59,282 nt of DNA from Gammaproteobacteria bacterium (GTDB lineage: Bacteria; Gemmatimonadota; Gemmatimonadetes; Longimicrobiales; Gaopeijiaceae): contig VYDD01000156.1 of assembly GCA_009843625.1 (NCBI GenBank), positions 2,566 to 61,847 of the forward strand. The letters run 5' to 3'. The translations under genes were made by a program, and so were the position numbers. The notes below the pieces were generated by a model that had not been told where the DNA came from, did not search any database, and saw only the letters and a program-made list of their open reading frames with translations. Positions 20,697-29,786 of the stretch are shown piece after piece (position 1 is the stretch's first letter; each line of letters starts with the position of its first letter).

Positions 20697-22578
20697 CCCA
20701 ACATACCTGGGAGCAGTTCAAGACGTACAGGGTGCGACGGTCACGGTCCGGCTCGATGATGCGACCGTATCGGGCTTGATGTTCATCGACGGTATCGGGT
20801 ATCGCGTTGGCCAGATCGGCAGCTTCATACGTATTCCGATTGGCTTCGTGGATCTCTTCGGCATCGTGTCGCAGGTCGGGGCAGGTGCTGTCCCAGAAGC
20901 GTTGGCCGCAAGTGAGCCTCATGGGTACCGGTGGATGAGGGTCCAGATGATCGGCGAAGGCCAGAAGGCCGGTGCATTCCAGCGGGGAATCTCACAGTAT
21001 CCGACGATCAACGATGAGGCTCACCTCACCACAGCAGACGACCTCGCCCAAATCTACGGCGTTCCTCAGGACTCGAGCTTCCTCCGGATTGGGAGCGTCG
21101 CAAGCTCGAACTCGATTCCCGCTATGGTTGATATTAATCGGCTGGTTACCAGACACAGTGCGGTATTGGGCGCAACTGGATCTGGGAAGTCGACCACTGT
21201 CGCTGGGATCCTAACGGCCATGTCCGATAGAGACAGCTATCCGTCGGCGCGTGCCATCATCCTTGACATTCATGGCGAGTACCGCAGCGCATTCAAGGAC
21301 CGGGCATCAGTATTCCGAGTGAATGCTGATCCGAAGGCCGGTGAGAGACAGCTATACATTCCATACTGGGCCCTGTCGGCTGATGAGCTTCTCCAGATGA
21401 CGCCGTTCCAAGGCATCACTGATGCTGATCGAGCCAGCGTACTCGAGCGCATACGTGCCCTAAAGGTCGAGTCCCTCGCCATGCAAGAGCGAAGCGGCGT
21501 CACAGCGGACACGCTTACCGTTGACTCACCAGTACCATTCAGCATTCACCGGCTGTGGTATGAGCTTTGGCGCGAGGTGCTCTCGACGCATACTGTCGGA
21601 CCCAATTCGAATCAGAGCCGCGAGACTGAAGCAGTTGCTTGTGACGAAGAAGGGTCTCCGAGAGTCGGCGACATCATGAGCGTCCAGCCTCCCGAATATC
21701 GGGCGCTAACGTCCGGCGGGGATGACCGTGTTTACTCCAGTGGCTCCGCATTGAACATCCGCAGACAATTGTTTGCGACTGCCAGCCTCCTTCGGGACCC
21801 ACGGTACGACTTCTTGTTTCGACCTGGGCCATGGTGTCCCTCACCAGCCCACGCGAATCTCAACGCTCAACCAGAAAGCGATCTGGACGATCTCCTGTCT
21901 TCGTGGATTGGAGCCGATAGGCCGATCACGATCTTGGACCTATCGGGCGTACCCGCGCTCATCCAGTCGGAACTCATCGGAGCGCTACTCCGGCTGCTGT
22001 TCGACGCCTTGTTCTGGGGCCGCTACCTTCCCGAAGGTGGCCGCCAGAGGCCCTTGCTGATCGTTCTCGAGGAAGCCCATGCGTACTTGAGCGCCGCTGG
22101 TAACAACGCAGCCGCGACATCGGTCCGCCGCGTCGTCAAGGAAGGCAGGAAGTACGGGCTGGGAGCCATGATCGTAAGCCAGAGACCGTCAGAGCTCGAC
22201 TCCGGGATCCTCTCTCAGTGTGGCACGCTCTTCGCCATGCGTCTCGCGAACTCTACCGATCGGTCAGACGTTACGGCTGCCGCCAGCGACAATCTACAGG
22301 GCCTCTTCGACATGTTGCCATCTCTGCGCACAGGAGAAGCTGTCGTCGTTGGTGAAGCTGTGAACCTCCCCATGCGAACGTTGATTGATGTGCCTCGGCC
22401 GGAAGGTCGCCCCGAGAGCGACGATCCCGTGGTCCACGATCCCGCGGCGGAGACGGGCTGGAACGCTCCGATGGAGGGCGAAGACTATCAGGAGCTACTC
22501 CGCCGGTGGCGCCGAGAGCGCGCCACTGAAGGCGGTGGGCGCGAGAAGCCTCAAATGAAGGAGACGGCAGGTGAATAG
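20677..22578 (+). CDS. herA: HerA-like (DUF87) ATPase of the SIR2-HerA pair
   Basis: Walker A LGATGSGKST, Walker B LIVLEEAHAY and SQRPSELD. GTG at 20677 (or 20686) is in frame within track ORF 20575..22578 and overlaps the SIR2 stop at 20694-20696. Confidence 0.9.
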   Translation: MSRVARDPTYLGAVQDVQGATVTVRLDDATVSGLMFIDGIGYRVGQIGSFIRIPIGFVDLFGIVSQVGAGAVPEALAASEPHGYRWMRVQMIGEGQKAGAFQRGISQYPTINDEAHLTTADDLAQIYGVPQDSSFLRIGSVASSNSIPAMVDINRLVTRHSAVLGATGSGKSTTVAGILTAMSDRDSYPSARAIILDIHGEYRSAFKDRASVFRVNADPKAGERQLYIPYWALSADELLQMTPFQGITDADRASVLERIRALKVESLAMQERSGVTADTLTVDSPVPFSIHRLWYELWREVLSTHTVGPNSNQSRETEAVACDEEGSPRVGDIMSVQPPEYRALTSGGDDRVYSSGSALNIRRQLFATASLLRDPRYDFLFRPGPWCPSPAHANLNAQPESDLDDLLSSWIGADRPITILDLSGVPALIQSELIGALLRLLFDALFWGRYLPEGGRQRPLLIVLEEAHAYLSAAGNNAAATSVRRVVKEGRKYGLGAMIVSQRPSELDSGILSQCGTLFAMRLANSTDRSDVTAAASDNLQGLFDMLPSLRTGEAVVVGEAVNLPMRTLIDVPRPEGRPESDDPVVHDPAAETGWNAPMEGEDYQELLRRWRRERATEGGGREKPQMKETAGE

Positions 22579-22780
22579 AGTGCCGGTGAGTTCAAGCAAT
22601 CTTGCGGCCATCGGTTACGATCCAAACACTCTAACGCTTGAGGTGGAGTTCCTCCGTGGTGGGGTGTACCAGTACTTCGATGTGCCATCACATGAACACC
22701 AAGCTCTGATGCAGGCACCATCACATGGCGAGTATTTTAGTGCGCACATAAGGAACAACTACCGGTACGCCAAGTTGTGA
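22571..22780 (+). CDS. KTSC-domain protein
   Basis: VSSSNLAAIGYDPNTLTLEVEFLRGGVYQYFDVPSHEHQALMQAPSHGEYFSAHIRNNYRY matches the KTSC consensus along its whole length. The start overlaps the herA stop. Confidence 0.85.
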   Translation: MNRVPVSSSNLAAIGYDPNTLTLEVEFLRGGVYQYFDVPSHEHQALMQAPSHGEYFSAHIRNNYRYAKL

Positions 22781-22840
22781 GCACATAATGGCGGCCTGGC
22801 TTGAGTCCTTGGAGAGACGACGACCAGAGGCCCCCGGTCC

Positions 22841-23155
22841 ATGACTCCGCCGCGTACGGCAGACATGAACCGGCGAGCGTCCCGCTTTTTCGCAATCCTC
22901 CACGCGCATCTGCAAGTGAGGCCTGAGATGACTCAGATCGATGTCGGACGCAGACTCCTTGAGCGGATGCGCGATGGTGCTCTTGCTAGGGCGGAGTTGA
23001 CACAGATGCTGGTAGCTGAGCGCGACCGATGCGTGGCCGAATCAGCGAGAGGCGAAGATGCGGCCTATGGTTGTGCCCACGCCGCGGCGATCCACTACGG
23101 TATCCCGACAGAGATGGCGCGCGGCCTGATCGCCGAGGCGGACGAGCAAACCTAG
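22841..23155 (+). CDS. Hypothetical protein
   Basis: 104-aa helical-looking ORF. Its TAG shares the palindrome CTAG (23152-23155) with the stop of the convergent STAND gene. Confidence 0.35.
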   Translation: MTPPRTADMNRRASRFFAILHAHLQVRPEMTQIDVGRRLLERMRDGALARAELTQMLVAERDRCVAESARGEDAAYGCAHAAAIHYGIPTEMARGLIAEADEQT

Positions 23156-26100
23156 TTTGGAGCCGCGCGGCGGGTAGGCGGGCTGACGTCAAGGACGATG
23201 ACCGAGATCCTGGCCGCTTCCTCTATGGTCAGCGCCTCCTCCAGCCGCCTCCCCAACTCATCGGGTGTCGAGGGACGGCTCCCTGTCGGCGGCGCCTGCA
23301 TGACGCCGTCGTTGAACCAGAGCACCACGAAGATGCCCTGGCCGGAGGTCTCCGCGTCGCGTGTGTACTGCTCGATCAGCTGCGTCTTGGCAGCACTCCA
23401 GACCTCCCGATGCGTGTCCTTCTTGATCTCCAGGGGGACGCTGAAGCTGCCGTAGGAGACGCGGATGTCGGACCGGCGTCTTCCCGCGTGCTGCCCCTCC
23501 GGTTGAGCATCCACGCCGCGAGGCAGCATCGCCCGCAGCCGGGCGAGCAGAGCGTCCCTGCATGAGTCCTCGTGCTTGGGCTTGATGGGGTGGCCGTAGG
23601 CATCCTCGTTCCAGTACTGGCGCCACTCGTCGGTGTTGCCGGTTCGGACGGTCGAGCCGATTCCGTGCAGCCGATGGAGCACGAGGGCGGCCAGGTCGCG
23701 GGCGTTCGCGGGCTCCTCGTCTTCGAGCGCGCTGTGGAGCTGTTCGAGGTCCGGGTGGCGGTATCCGGCGTCGCGGTGTATGACTCGCTGGTCGTCGCGA
23801 GCTCGCGCGAGCTGATCGTGCCAGGCGGCGATACCGGGGTCGGACAGCAGAGCGTCCAGTGCCCGCATGGCGTCCTCGCCGGGCAGGGCGCTCAGGCGCC
23901 GGATCAGGCGTTCGATCCTCTCAGAGGCGGGCTCAATCGCCACCCACTGGTCGGAGTCGGGCGGGGCAGACGAGCGGCCCATCACTGAGATGAGCGTCCG
24001 GAGCGCCTGAGCGCACTCCTCGTAGCTCGGTGACGGCAGTGCGGCGGTCGAGTCGCCGGAGCCGAAGAATGCGGCGAGCGCTCGCACCCGCCGCTCTCGC
24101 CCGCGGACGAACTCGTCGAGGCGGTCTGTCGAGGACTCGGGCGCGGCGACGAGAGCCGCAGCCAGCCAGCGGACGCGCTGGGCGACTTCCATGCTCTTCG
24201 CGGAGAGCTTCGCCTCGATGAGATCGAACAGGCGCGACCGGTCCGCGAAGCCGAGGGCGGACCAGAGCAGGCGGTCGAGTATCGTCAGCTTCGCGAGGCC
24301 GGCGCGCAGCGGGAAGGTCTTCAGCACGCTGAGCGTGGCCTCGAGCTTCAGATCGGGCGTCTCGAGCCGGTCGACGGCATCCAGAGCCGCGGCGTAGCTG
24401 CCGCCATGGCGGATCGCGGTTGAGAGGCACCGCGCTGCCACGTCCGCGACGACCGCCGGGGAGCGATCCGCCCACCGAGCGTGCCAGCGCGGGAGCCCGT
24501 TGAACCCCGGCGCACTGCAGTAGAAGAACGCCAGAGCTGTCCGGACCAGTCGCTCGTCCAGCTCGTCCAGCCGCTCCGGAGTCTCCCGATCGAGGATCTC
24601 CACGCCGGCAAGGAACGGGAGCGCGGAATAGTGCATCCGGGATGCCTGCTTCAGCCGGATGATCTTCTCCACGCCCGGCACGTCGCTCCGCCACACCGTC
24701 CCGCGCAGCCCGGCCAGGGCGGCATCGACGAGGTCGCGGTCACCGCCAAGGCGGTCTAGGAGGCGCTCCTCGGGACTCGGGTTCCTCGTCCAGTTGTTCC
24801 CGTGGAGGAAGTAGACATGGCCTAGGAATCGGAGCAGCGCGAGCGGGGCACGGTTCTCGCGCAGGGCATCGGCCTGGGCCCGGACGTAGGCCGTCTCCTC
24901 GTCCGCCTTCTCGCGGGCGAGCGCCTCCCGATCTCTCGCTTCGCTCAGCCGGGTGGCCCGCAGTGCCTCTCGCTCGGCGCGCCTCGCGATTCTGTCACGC
25001 AGTTCCGCGAGGCGTCTCTCGAGAACCGCATGCCCGCGGATGCGCTCCTCCAGCACGTCGAAGCCGATGCCGCGGTCGGTGACCCAGTGCGGATGCCCGC
25101 GTGAGGAGACGTCCAGGAGTTCCTTGGCGACCACCGGTCGCGACGGGGCGAGCTCGATTGCCTGCTCGAGGCTCCACGACGCCAAGTCGGTAGGGAGCTC
25201 GCTCCCGTGCAGCGCATCCCAGACGGCCGTGGAGTCCTCGAGGAAGCGATCGCTGTCCCGACACCGCTCGAGGCCCTCGAGGATCAACGCCTTCTGGAGA
25301 TCGGGACGCTGCTCCAGCCATGCGCGGACCTGTACCGGCTCGTCGCTGGTGTCATGGTGTCGCTCGGGAGAGGGCGCAGCCGCCCGCAGCCAGTCGTAGA
25401 GGCGCGGCGTCTCGAGATCGTCGCCGAAGGCGGCGAGCCCGCGCGCAAGCAGCTCTAGCGGGAGCGAATCAGCCCACAGCGACTCCAGCGTCACCAGCGC
25501 CTCGGGGAGGTGCTCGGCGAGCCGGTCGAGGAGCGCCGCGACGTCTTTGGGCGACGACCGGTGGGTCAGGTCGAACCGCCAGAAGCGGTCGTAGTGCCCT
25601 ACGACATCGTAGGGAGTGTCTCGGGGCCCCACCAGGTATTCCCACACGTCGCCGGGACCGACCGTCCGCGGGTAGAGGCGCGACAGCAGCGCTCCGCGCA
25701 TCTCGTGGTCCGGATCGGCGATCGAGCCCGCGCGGATCTCCTCGAGAAGGGCGACGAGGTCGCCGGCCCATCCATCGCCCTCCTCCGTGGAGTGGAGCAC
25801 CGCCCCCAGGGCTAGGTCGCCGACCTCCGGCGGCCAGGTCGGGTCGTGCATCAGCGCGAGCAGGGCAGGGACTAGGTCCGCGTGGCGGCTCCCGTCCCGC
25901 AGGAGCGCCAGCACCAGCAGGAGGAGCTGCCTCTGGCTCGGGTCGCGAGCCGGGTCCGACAGGATGCCGGCGAGCGTCGGCTCCATGTCGGGGGCCGTGA
26001 GCGCGCCGAGAGCAGTGGCAGCGTCCACCCACGACACCTCGCGCCAGAGCTGGTGGAGCGCCTCACGTCGACTGAGTGCGAGCAGCAGCCTGCCGCGCTC

Positions 26101-27273
26101 GTCGGGGGAGAAGGCCCCGAGGTCGCCGTACAGCGCCGCCCCGAGAGGATCGCGGCCGATGAGGAGGTCGCGGGCCGCGCCGCTGTGGGTCGCAAGCCAC
26201 CCCGAGAGGCCCCGCATCTCGGTGACCATGGCGCCGTCCGCGCCGCTGATCAGCGCCAGTACCCGCCGTGCCGGGAGGCCCTTCGCGATGCGCCGAGCGA
26301 GATGCCTGGCACCGAGGAACTCCGCGACGTGCCGGTGCACAGGCGCGAGCCGGCCGTCGCCGGCACCCGTGAACAGCCTCGTGCCGAGCGCGTGATCCAG
26401 TGCGGATGCATCGGGGTAGGCGCACTCCGCGAGGTCGATGTAGTCGGGACCGGCCGCGCCGCTCCGCCGCGCGTAGCCGGCGGCGCCCGTCACGAGGTGC
26501 GTCATGCAGAGGTAGCCGGCGGCGTCCAGCAGCCTCTCGGACGGCGGGGGCGAGCCCGCCCCGGCGTGCTCGCTGTTGTGCTCTGCGGCCATCTGGCGGC
26601 ACGCCATCTCGAACGTCTCGCGACGGCTTCCGGGCCAGCTGGCCTCCCTCGCGACGACGTCGGCCAGCATGTCGAGGGTCTGTGGGTTGGTGAGCAGGGC
26701 CTCGATGCTGCGTACGCGCGCCTGCTCCACAAATCCCCGTGCGTCGTCGATTCCAAAGTGGCCGTCCAGGATCCGCTCGATGTCGGAGCGGCTGAGCGGG
26801 TCGAGCCGCAGAACGGCGACGCTCGCGCCGGGGGCGACGGCATCCAACCTCGAGCGGTCGCTCTCGCCGAGCCAGTCCGCTTCCCGGCACGACAGACGGA
26901 AGCGCGGGGATCCGAGGGCATCGAGGTGGCGGCGAACATCATCGAGGGGCGTGCGCGTGTCGACGGAGCCGGCGCGCACCTCGTCGAGGCCATCGATGAA
27001 GATCGTCTTGTCGCGCCACTCAGGGTGCCGGGTCGGGTCCAGTGTCAGGAAGTCGCGGGCATCGAGCATGATGGCGGTGTCGCCGACTTCCTCGGACTCG
27101 CGCCGGAAGGCCGTGGTCTTCCCGGAACCCGGATCGCCGAGCAGGACGTAGGCCGGTTCGGACCGGAACGCGCTCAGGGCCTGGGGCTGCGGCGTTGTGG
27201 ACGAACCCTCGGCGCGCCGCAGGACCCGTGTGCAGGTGCGCTCGACGACCGGCCTCACGGTTCGCCGAGCCAT
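23152..27273 (-). CDS. STAND/NACHT-like NTPase with helical-repeat body and C-terminal PD-(D/E)xK-like module
   Basis: Walker A LLGDPGSGKTT and Walker B IFIDGLDEV near the N-terminus, then about 1000 aa that are Leu/Ala/Arg-rich. The C-terminus reads SDIRVSYGSFSVPLEIKKD...QLIEQY...GIFVVLWF (D...ExK). Start is ATG 27273 or GTG 27258, both overlapping the upstream gene. Confidence 0.85.
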   Translation of the reverse strand: MARRTVRPVVERTCTRVLRRAEGSSTTPQPQALSAFRSEPAYVLLGDPGSGKTTAFRRESEEVGDTAIMLDARDFLTLDPTRHPEWRDKTIFIDGLDEVRAGSVDTRTPLDDVRRHLDALGSPRFRLSCREADWLGESDRSRLDAVAPGASVAVLRLDPLSRSDIERILDGHFGIDDARGFVEQARVRSIEALLTNPQTLDMLADVVAREASWPGSRRETFEMACRQMAAEHNSEHAGAGSPPPSERLLDAAGYLCMTHLVTGAAGYARRSGAAGPDYIDLAECAYPDASALDHALGTRLFTGAGDGRLAPVHRHVAEFLGARHLARRIAKGLPARRVLALISGADGAMVTEMRGLSGWLATHSGAARDLLIGRDPLGAALYGDLGAFSPDERGRLLLALSRREALHQLWREVSWVDAATALGALTAPDMEPTLAGILSDPARDPSQRQLLLLVLALLRDGSRHADLVPALLALMHDPTWPPEVGDLALGAVLHSTEEGDGWAGDLVALLEEIRAGSIADPDHEMRGALLSRLYPRTVGPGDVWEYLVGPRDTPYDVVGHYDRFWRFDLTHRSSPKDVAALLDRLAEHLPEALVTLESLWADSLPLELLARGLAAFGDDLETPRLYDWLRAAAPSPERHHDTSDEPVQVRAWLEQRPDLQKALILEGLERCRDSDRFLEDSTAVWDALHGSELPTDLASWSLEQAIELAPSRPVVAKELLDVSSRGHPHWVTDRGIGFDVLEERIRGHAVLERRLAELRDRIARRAEREALRATRLSEARDREALAREKADEETAYVRAQADALRENRAPLALLRFLGHVYFLHGNNWTRNPSPEERLLDRLGGDRDLVDAALAGLRGTVWRSDVPGVEKIIRLKQASRMHYSALPFLAGVEILDRETPERLDELDERLVRTALAFFYCSAPGFNGLPRWHARWADRSPAVVADVAARCLSTAIRHGGSYAAALDAVDRLETPDLKLEATLSVLKTFPLRAGLAKLTILDRLLWSALGFADRSRLFDLIEAKLSAKSMEVAQRVRWLAAALVAAPESSTDRLDEFVRGRERRVRALAAFFGSGDSTAALPSPSYEECAQALRTLISVMGRSSAPPDSDQWVAIEPASERIERLIRRLSALPGEDAMRALDALLSDPGIAAWHDQLARARDDQRVIHRDAGYRHPDLEQLHSALEDEEPANARDLAALVLHRLHGIGSTVRTGNTDEWRQYWNEDAYGHPIKPKHEDSCRDALLARLRAMLPRGVDAQPEGQHAGRRRSDIRVSYGSFSVPLEIKKDTHREVWSAAKTQLIEQYTRDAETSGQGIFVVLWFNDGVMQAPPTGSRPSTPDELGRRLEEALTIEEAARISVIVLDVSPPTRRAAPN

Positions 27274-28514
27274 TCGTCGGCGGGCGTCGAGAGGAATTCG
27301 TTGAGCGGTACTCCTTCCTCCCCGACGACCAGCGGCCGCGGCGCGCCGAAGCGCTGCTGGAACGCGCGCATGGCGTCTTCGTTCGCGCGACGTTCGCCGC
27401 TCTTGACCTCGATCCCCACGACACGCGGGCCGCGCCGGAGAACGAAGTCGATCTCGTGCCGACCGTCTCGCCAGTAGTGGATGCCGACGCTCGCCGAGGC
27501 CGTGTTGACGAGGTGCGCCCCCACCGCGCTCTCGACGAGCCTGCCCCAGAAGGTGCGGTCGGCTCTCGCCTCATCGAAGGAGTAGCCGGACGCGGCGGTC
27601 ATGAGCGCCGTGTTGAGCACGTTGAGCTTCGGACTCGATGCCCTGCGGCGCGGGGTGCTCCCGGAGTGCTGCGACAGCCCCGTGAGCAGGCCCGCCGACG
27701 ACAGCAGGTCGAGGTAGCGCGCGAGCGTCGTCGTGTTGCCGGCGTCGTGGAGCTGGCCGAGCATCTTGTTGTAGGAGAGGATCTGCCCGGAGTGGGAGGC
27801 CCCGAGCGCGAAGAGGTTCTTCAGCAGGGCGGGCTTGTCCACCCGCGTCATGGCGAGCAGGTCACGCTCGAGGTGCGGCTCGACCAAGGCGTGCAGGATG
27901 TAGTCCCGCCACCGCGCCTCATCCCGGATGAGGGCGGCGGCACCGGGGTAGCCGCCGAAGTAGATGTACTCGTCGAGGGTCAGGTCGAATGCCGCGGCGA
28001 TCTCGGAGAAGGCCCAGTGCGTCATTCGGATCGGTTCGAACCTGCCGGCGAGACTCTCGCTCAGGCCTGACTGCATCAGGAGCGGGGCCGACCCGAGGAC
28101 GACCACGTGGAGCGGCACGTCGTTGGCGCGGTCGGCATCCCAGAGGCCCTTGATGGTCTCGGGCCAGTCGTGGATCTTCTGGATCTCGTCGTACACGAGC
28201 ACAAGACCGTGCGGGGACTCCCACGCTCGGCGCCGGGCATCTTCCCACGTGCGAACGACCCACGCCGGGTCGCGTTCGTCGGTGAGCGGAGCGGTGTTCC
28301 CCCGGAGCTCAGAGAGCACGAGACCAGGATCTGATGGTGGCGGCTCGTCGACCGCCAGGTACCGGCCGGGGCGATCGGTCCGGGCGAGCGCTTGGTGGAC
28401 CATGGTGGTCTTGCCGACCTGGCGAGGCCCGGAGATGGCGATCAGCCTGTTCGGCGGCTCCGCGAGCCGGGCTAGCAGCGTGTCGGCGCTCGCTCGACGG
28501 AAGGCGTCCATCAC
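27255..28514 (-). CDS. AAA_14-type ATPase with DUF4143-like C-terminus
   Basis: Walker A ISGPRQVGKTT and Walker B LVLVYDEIQ. The C-terminus reads HEIDFVLRRGPRVVGIEVKSG (nuclease-like D...ExK). GTG 28514 or ATG 28511. Confidence 0.9.
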   Translation of the reverse strand: MMDAFRRASADTLLARLAEPPNRLIAISGPRQVGKTTMVHQALARTDRPGRYLAVDEPPPSDPGLVLSELRGNTAPLTDERDPAWVVRTWEDARRRAWESPHGLVLVYDEIQKIHDWPETIKGLWDADRANDVPLHVVVLGSAPLLMQSGLSESLAGRFEPIRMTHWAFSEIAAAFDLTLDEYIYFGGYPGAAALIRDEARWRDYILHALVEPHLERDLLAMTRVDKPALLKNLFALGASHSGQILSYNKMLGQLHDAGNTTTLARYLDLLSSAGLLTGLSQHSGSTPRRRASSPKLNVLNTALMTAASGYSFDEARADRTFWGRLVESAVGAHLVNTASASVGIHYWRDGRHEIDFVLRRGPRVVGIEVKSGERRANEDAMRAFQQRFGAPRPLVVGEEGVPLNEFLSTPADEWLGEP

Positions 28515-28521
28515 GCGACAT

Positions 28522-28551
28522 TACTATCTTGAGTAAGAATACTCAATAGTA
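28522..28551. promoter_or_regulatory. A/T-rich imperfect palindrome and direct repeat abutting the start of the ATPase-STAND operon
   Basis: Perfect core TTGAGTA-agaa-TACTCAA (28529-28546), extended to TACTAT(ct)TTGAGTA / TACTCAATAGTA. TA(C/G)TATCTT is also repeated directly (28522-28530 and 28547-28555). Confidence 0.4.
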
Positions 28552-28862
28552 TCTTACCGACGCGGAACGACCTCGGGCTGCCGAAGCGGATCGCGCGCCG
28601 CTGGCTCGATGAGCACCTCGTTGACGTGCGTGCGCGACGGCCCGACGCGGGTGGCAACGCGAGGTGAACGACTGATGCGACGCGGCAACTCGGTCCTCGT
28701 GGTCCTGCCCGAGGACGGGAACCGCCCGACCGCTCACCACAGCGGGCAACTCGCCGCGGGAAGGCGTCGAAGCCGCCTCCGGGAGTGCTCAGGTAGCGGT
28801 CCGGTCGGCCCTCCCCCGTGCTACTGTTCGCTGTGCTCACCACCGCGAGAGGGGGGCGGCCG

Positions 28863-29042
28863 ATGAGACGACTCACGCCCGACGAGATTGAGAATGCCCG
28901 GGCGGAGCTGCGCGCCATGCGAGAGACGATCGAGTCCCTTAAGGCGAGCGTTCCGCCTTCCTTTGCCCGAGAGTACGTGGCGACGATGGACAAGTCGCTC
29001 GCCGAAGTCGAGCGGGTGTTCGAGATCGGAACGGTCAAGTGA
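28863..29042 (+). CDS. Small hypothetical protein
   Basis: 59-aa helical ORF (MRRLTPDEIENARAELRAMRETIESL...). Coding status is uncertain. Confidence 0.25.
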   Translation: MRRLTPDEIENARAELRAMRETIESLKASVPPSFAREYVATMDKSLAEVERVFEIGTVK

Positions 29043-29048
29043 CTCACA

Positions 29049-29279
29049 TTGCCCGAGGCCTACCTGGAACCCCTCAAGGCACAAATCGCTAAAGCGTGCG
29101 GAGTGCTCGTGGCCGCAGAGGACGCGCTCCTAGCCGCGTTGGCGAGTAGTAGGCGTGACAACCAACGTTCTTCGGTCACAGGCGAGCAAGCCCTGGAGAA
29201 GCTTGCCGAGTCGAAGCTCGCCGAGCGTATCAGCGACCTCGTGCAGCTTGCGGAGCTCGGTTCTCGACTCCCACGCTGA
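29049..29279 (+). CDS. Small hypothetical protein
   Basis: 76-aa helical ORF with a TTG start. Coding status is uncertain. Confidence 0.2.
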   Translation: MPEAYLEPLKAQIAKACGVLVAAEDALLAALASSRRDNQRSSVTGEQALEKLAESKLAERISDLVQLAELGSRLPR

Positions 29280-29429
29280 ATTCGTCAGGCAGCGAGCGCC
29301 GGCGATAGCGAACCCCATCCCGGCAGAATACAGGCCTGAGTCCGCGCTCGTGCCTCATGCCTGTCCGCCCATTCGACGCGGCCACGGGCAAGCGGCCCCA
29401 GTAGTCAGGCTATGGCTCGTCGATCGGGG

Positions 29430-29713
29430 CTACCGCACGGGTGTAATGTGTCTCTGGTCGTCGCCGGCGGCTACCTGTGCGTAGACCCGCTCCGCCACCC
29501 CGGCCCGGTAAGACGTGAGCGTCCACACCATCGCCTTGTAGGCGTTCGAGGCGAAGGAGTCTACGGCCCACCGGGCGGCCTCGCGGAGTCGATGTCCGAG
29601 AACTCGACCTCGGCCTCCCGCAGCGCCCGCCGCATGTCCCGGTCGATGAGGCACTCGTACTCGACCTCCCGGTCGATGGGGCCGCTCACATCCCACAGCA
29701 CGGCCTTCAGCAC
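29430..29713 (-). pseudogene. Small gene of unknown family, apparently frameshifted
   Basis: GTG 29713 gives VLKAVLWDVSGPIDREVEYECLIDRDMRRALREAEVEFSDIDSA.., with a stop at 29561. Protein-like sequence continues in another frame (AARWAVDSFASNAYKAMVWTLTSYRAGVAERVYAQ...) to 29430. Confidence 0.3.
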
Positions 29714-29786
29714 GCGTGCTCTCCGCCCCCGTCGTGTCGCCTCCGGTTCCCCGTGTCCGCCACGCTCACGTTCAGGCCTCCCGCGG

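Noticed and set aside
23152-23155. Convergent genes share the palindrome CTAG as both stop codons, with no intergenic terminator.
   Set aside because: The pattern is real in the sequence, but the plus-strand 104-aa ORF is weakly supported. The overlap may be coincidental and was not raised as a finding.
25882-27477. 531-aa plus-strand ORF inside the STAND gene. Similar antisense ORFs occur at 39499..40722 (opposite GmrSD), 43102..44220 (opposite res) and 47595..48185 (opposite NurA).
   Set aside because: The translations are low-complexity with no motifs, and each lies opposite a gene with strong domain signatures.
28511-29047. 178-aa minus-strand ORF upstream of the AAA_14 gene that could extend the operon.
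   Set aside because: The product is Ser/Arg-rich. It overlaps the A/T-rich putative control region and the small plus-strand helical ORFs, and no motif was recognised.
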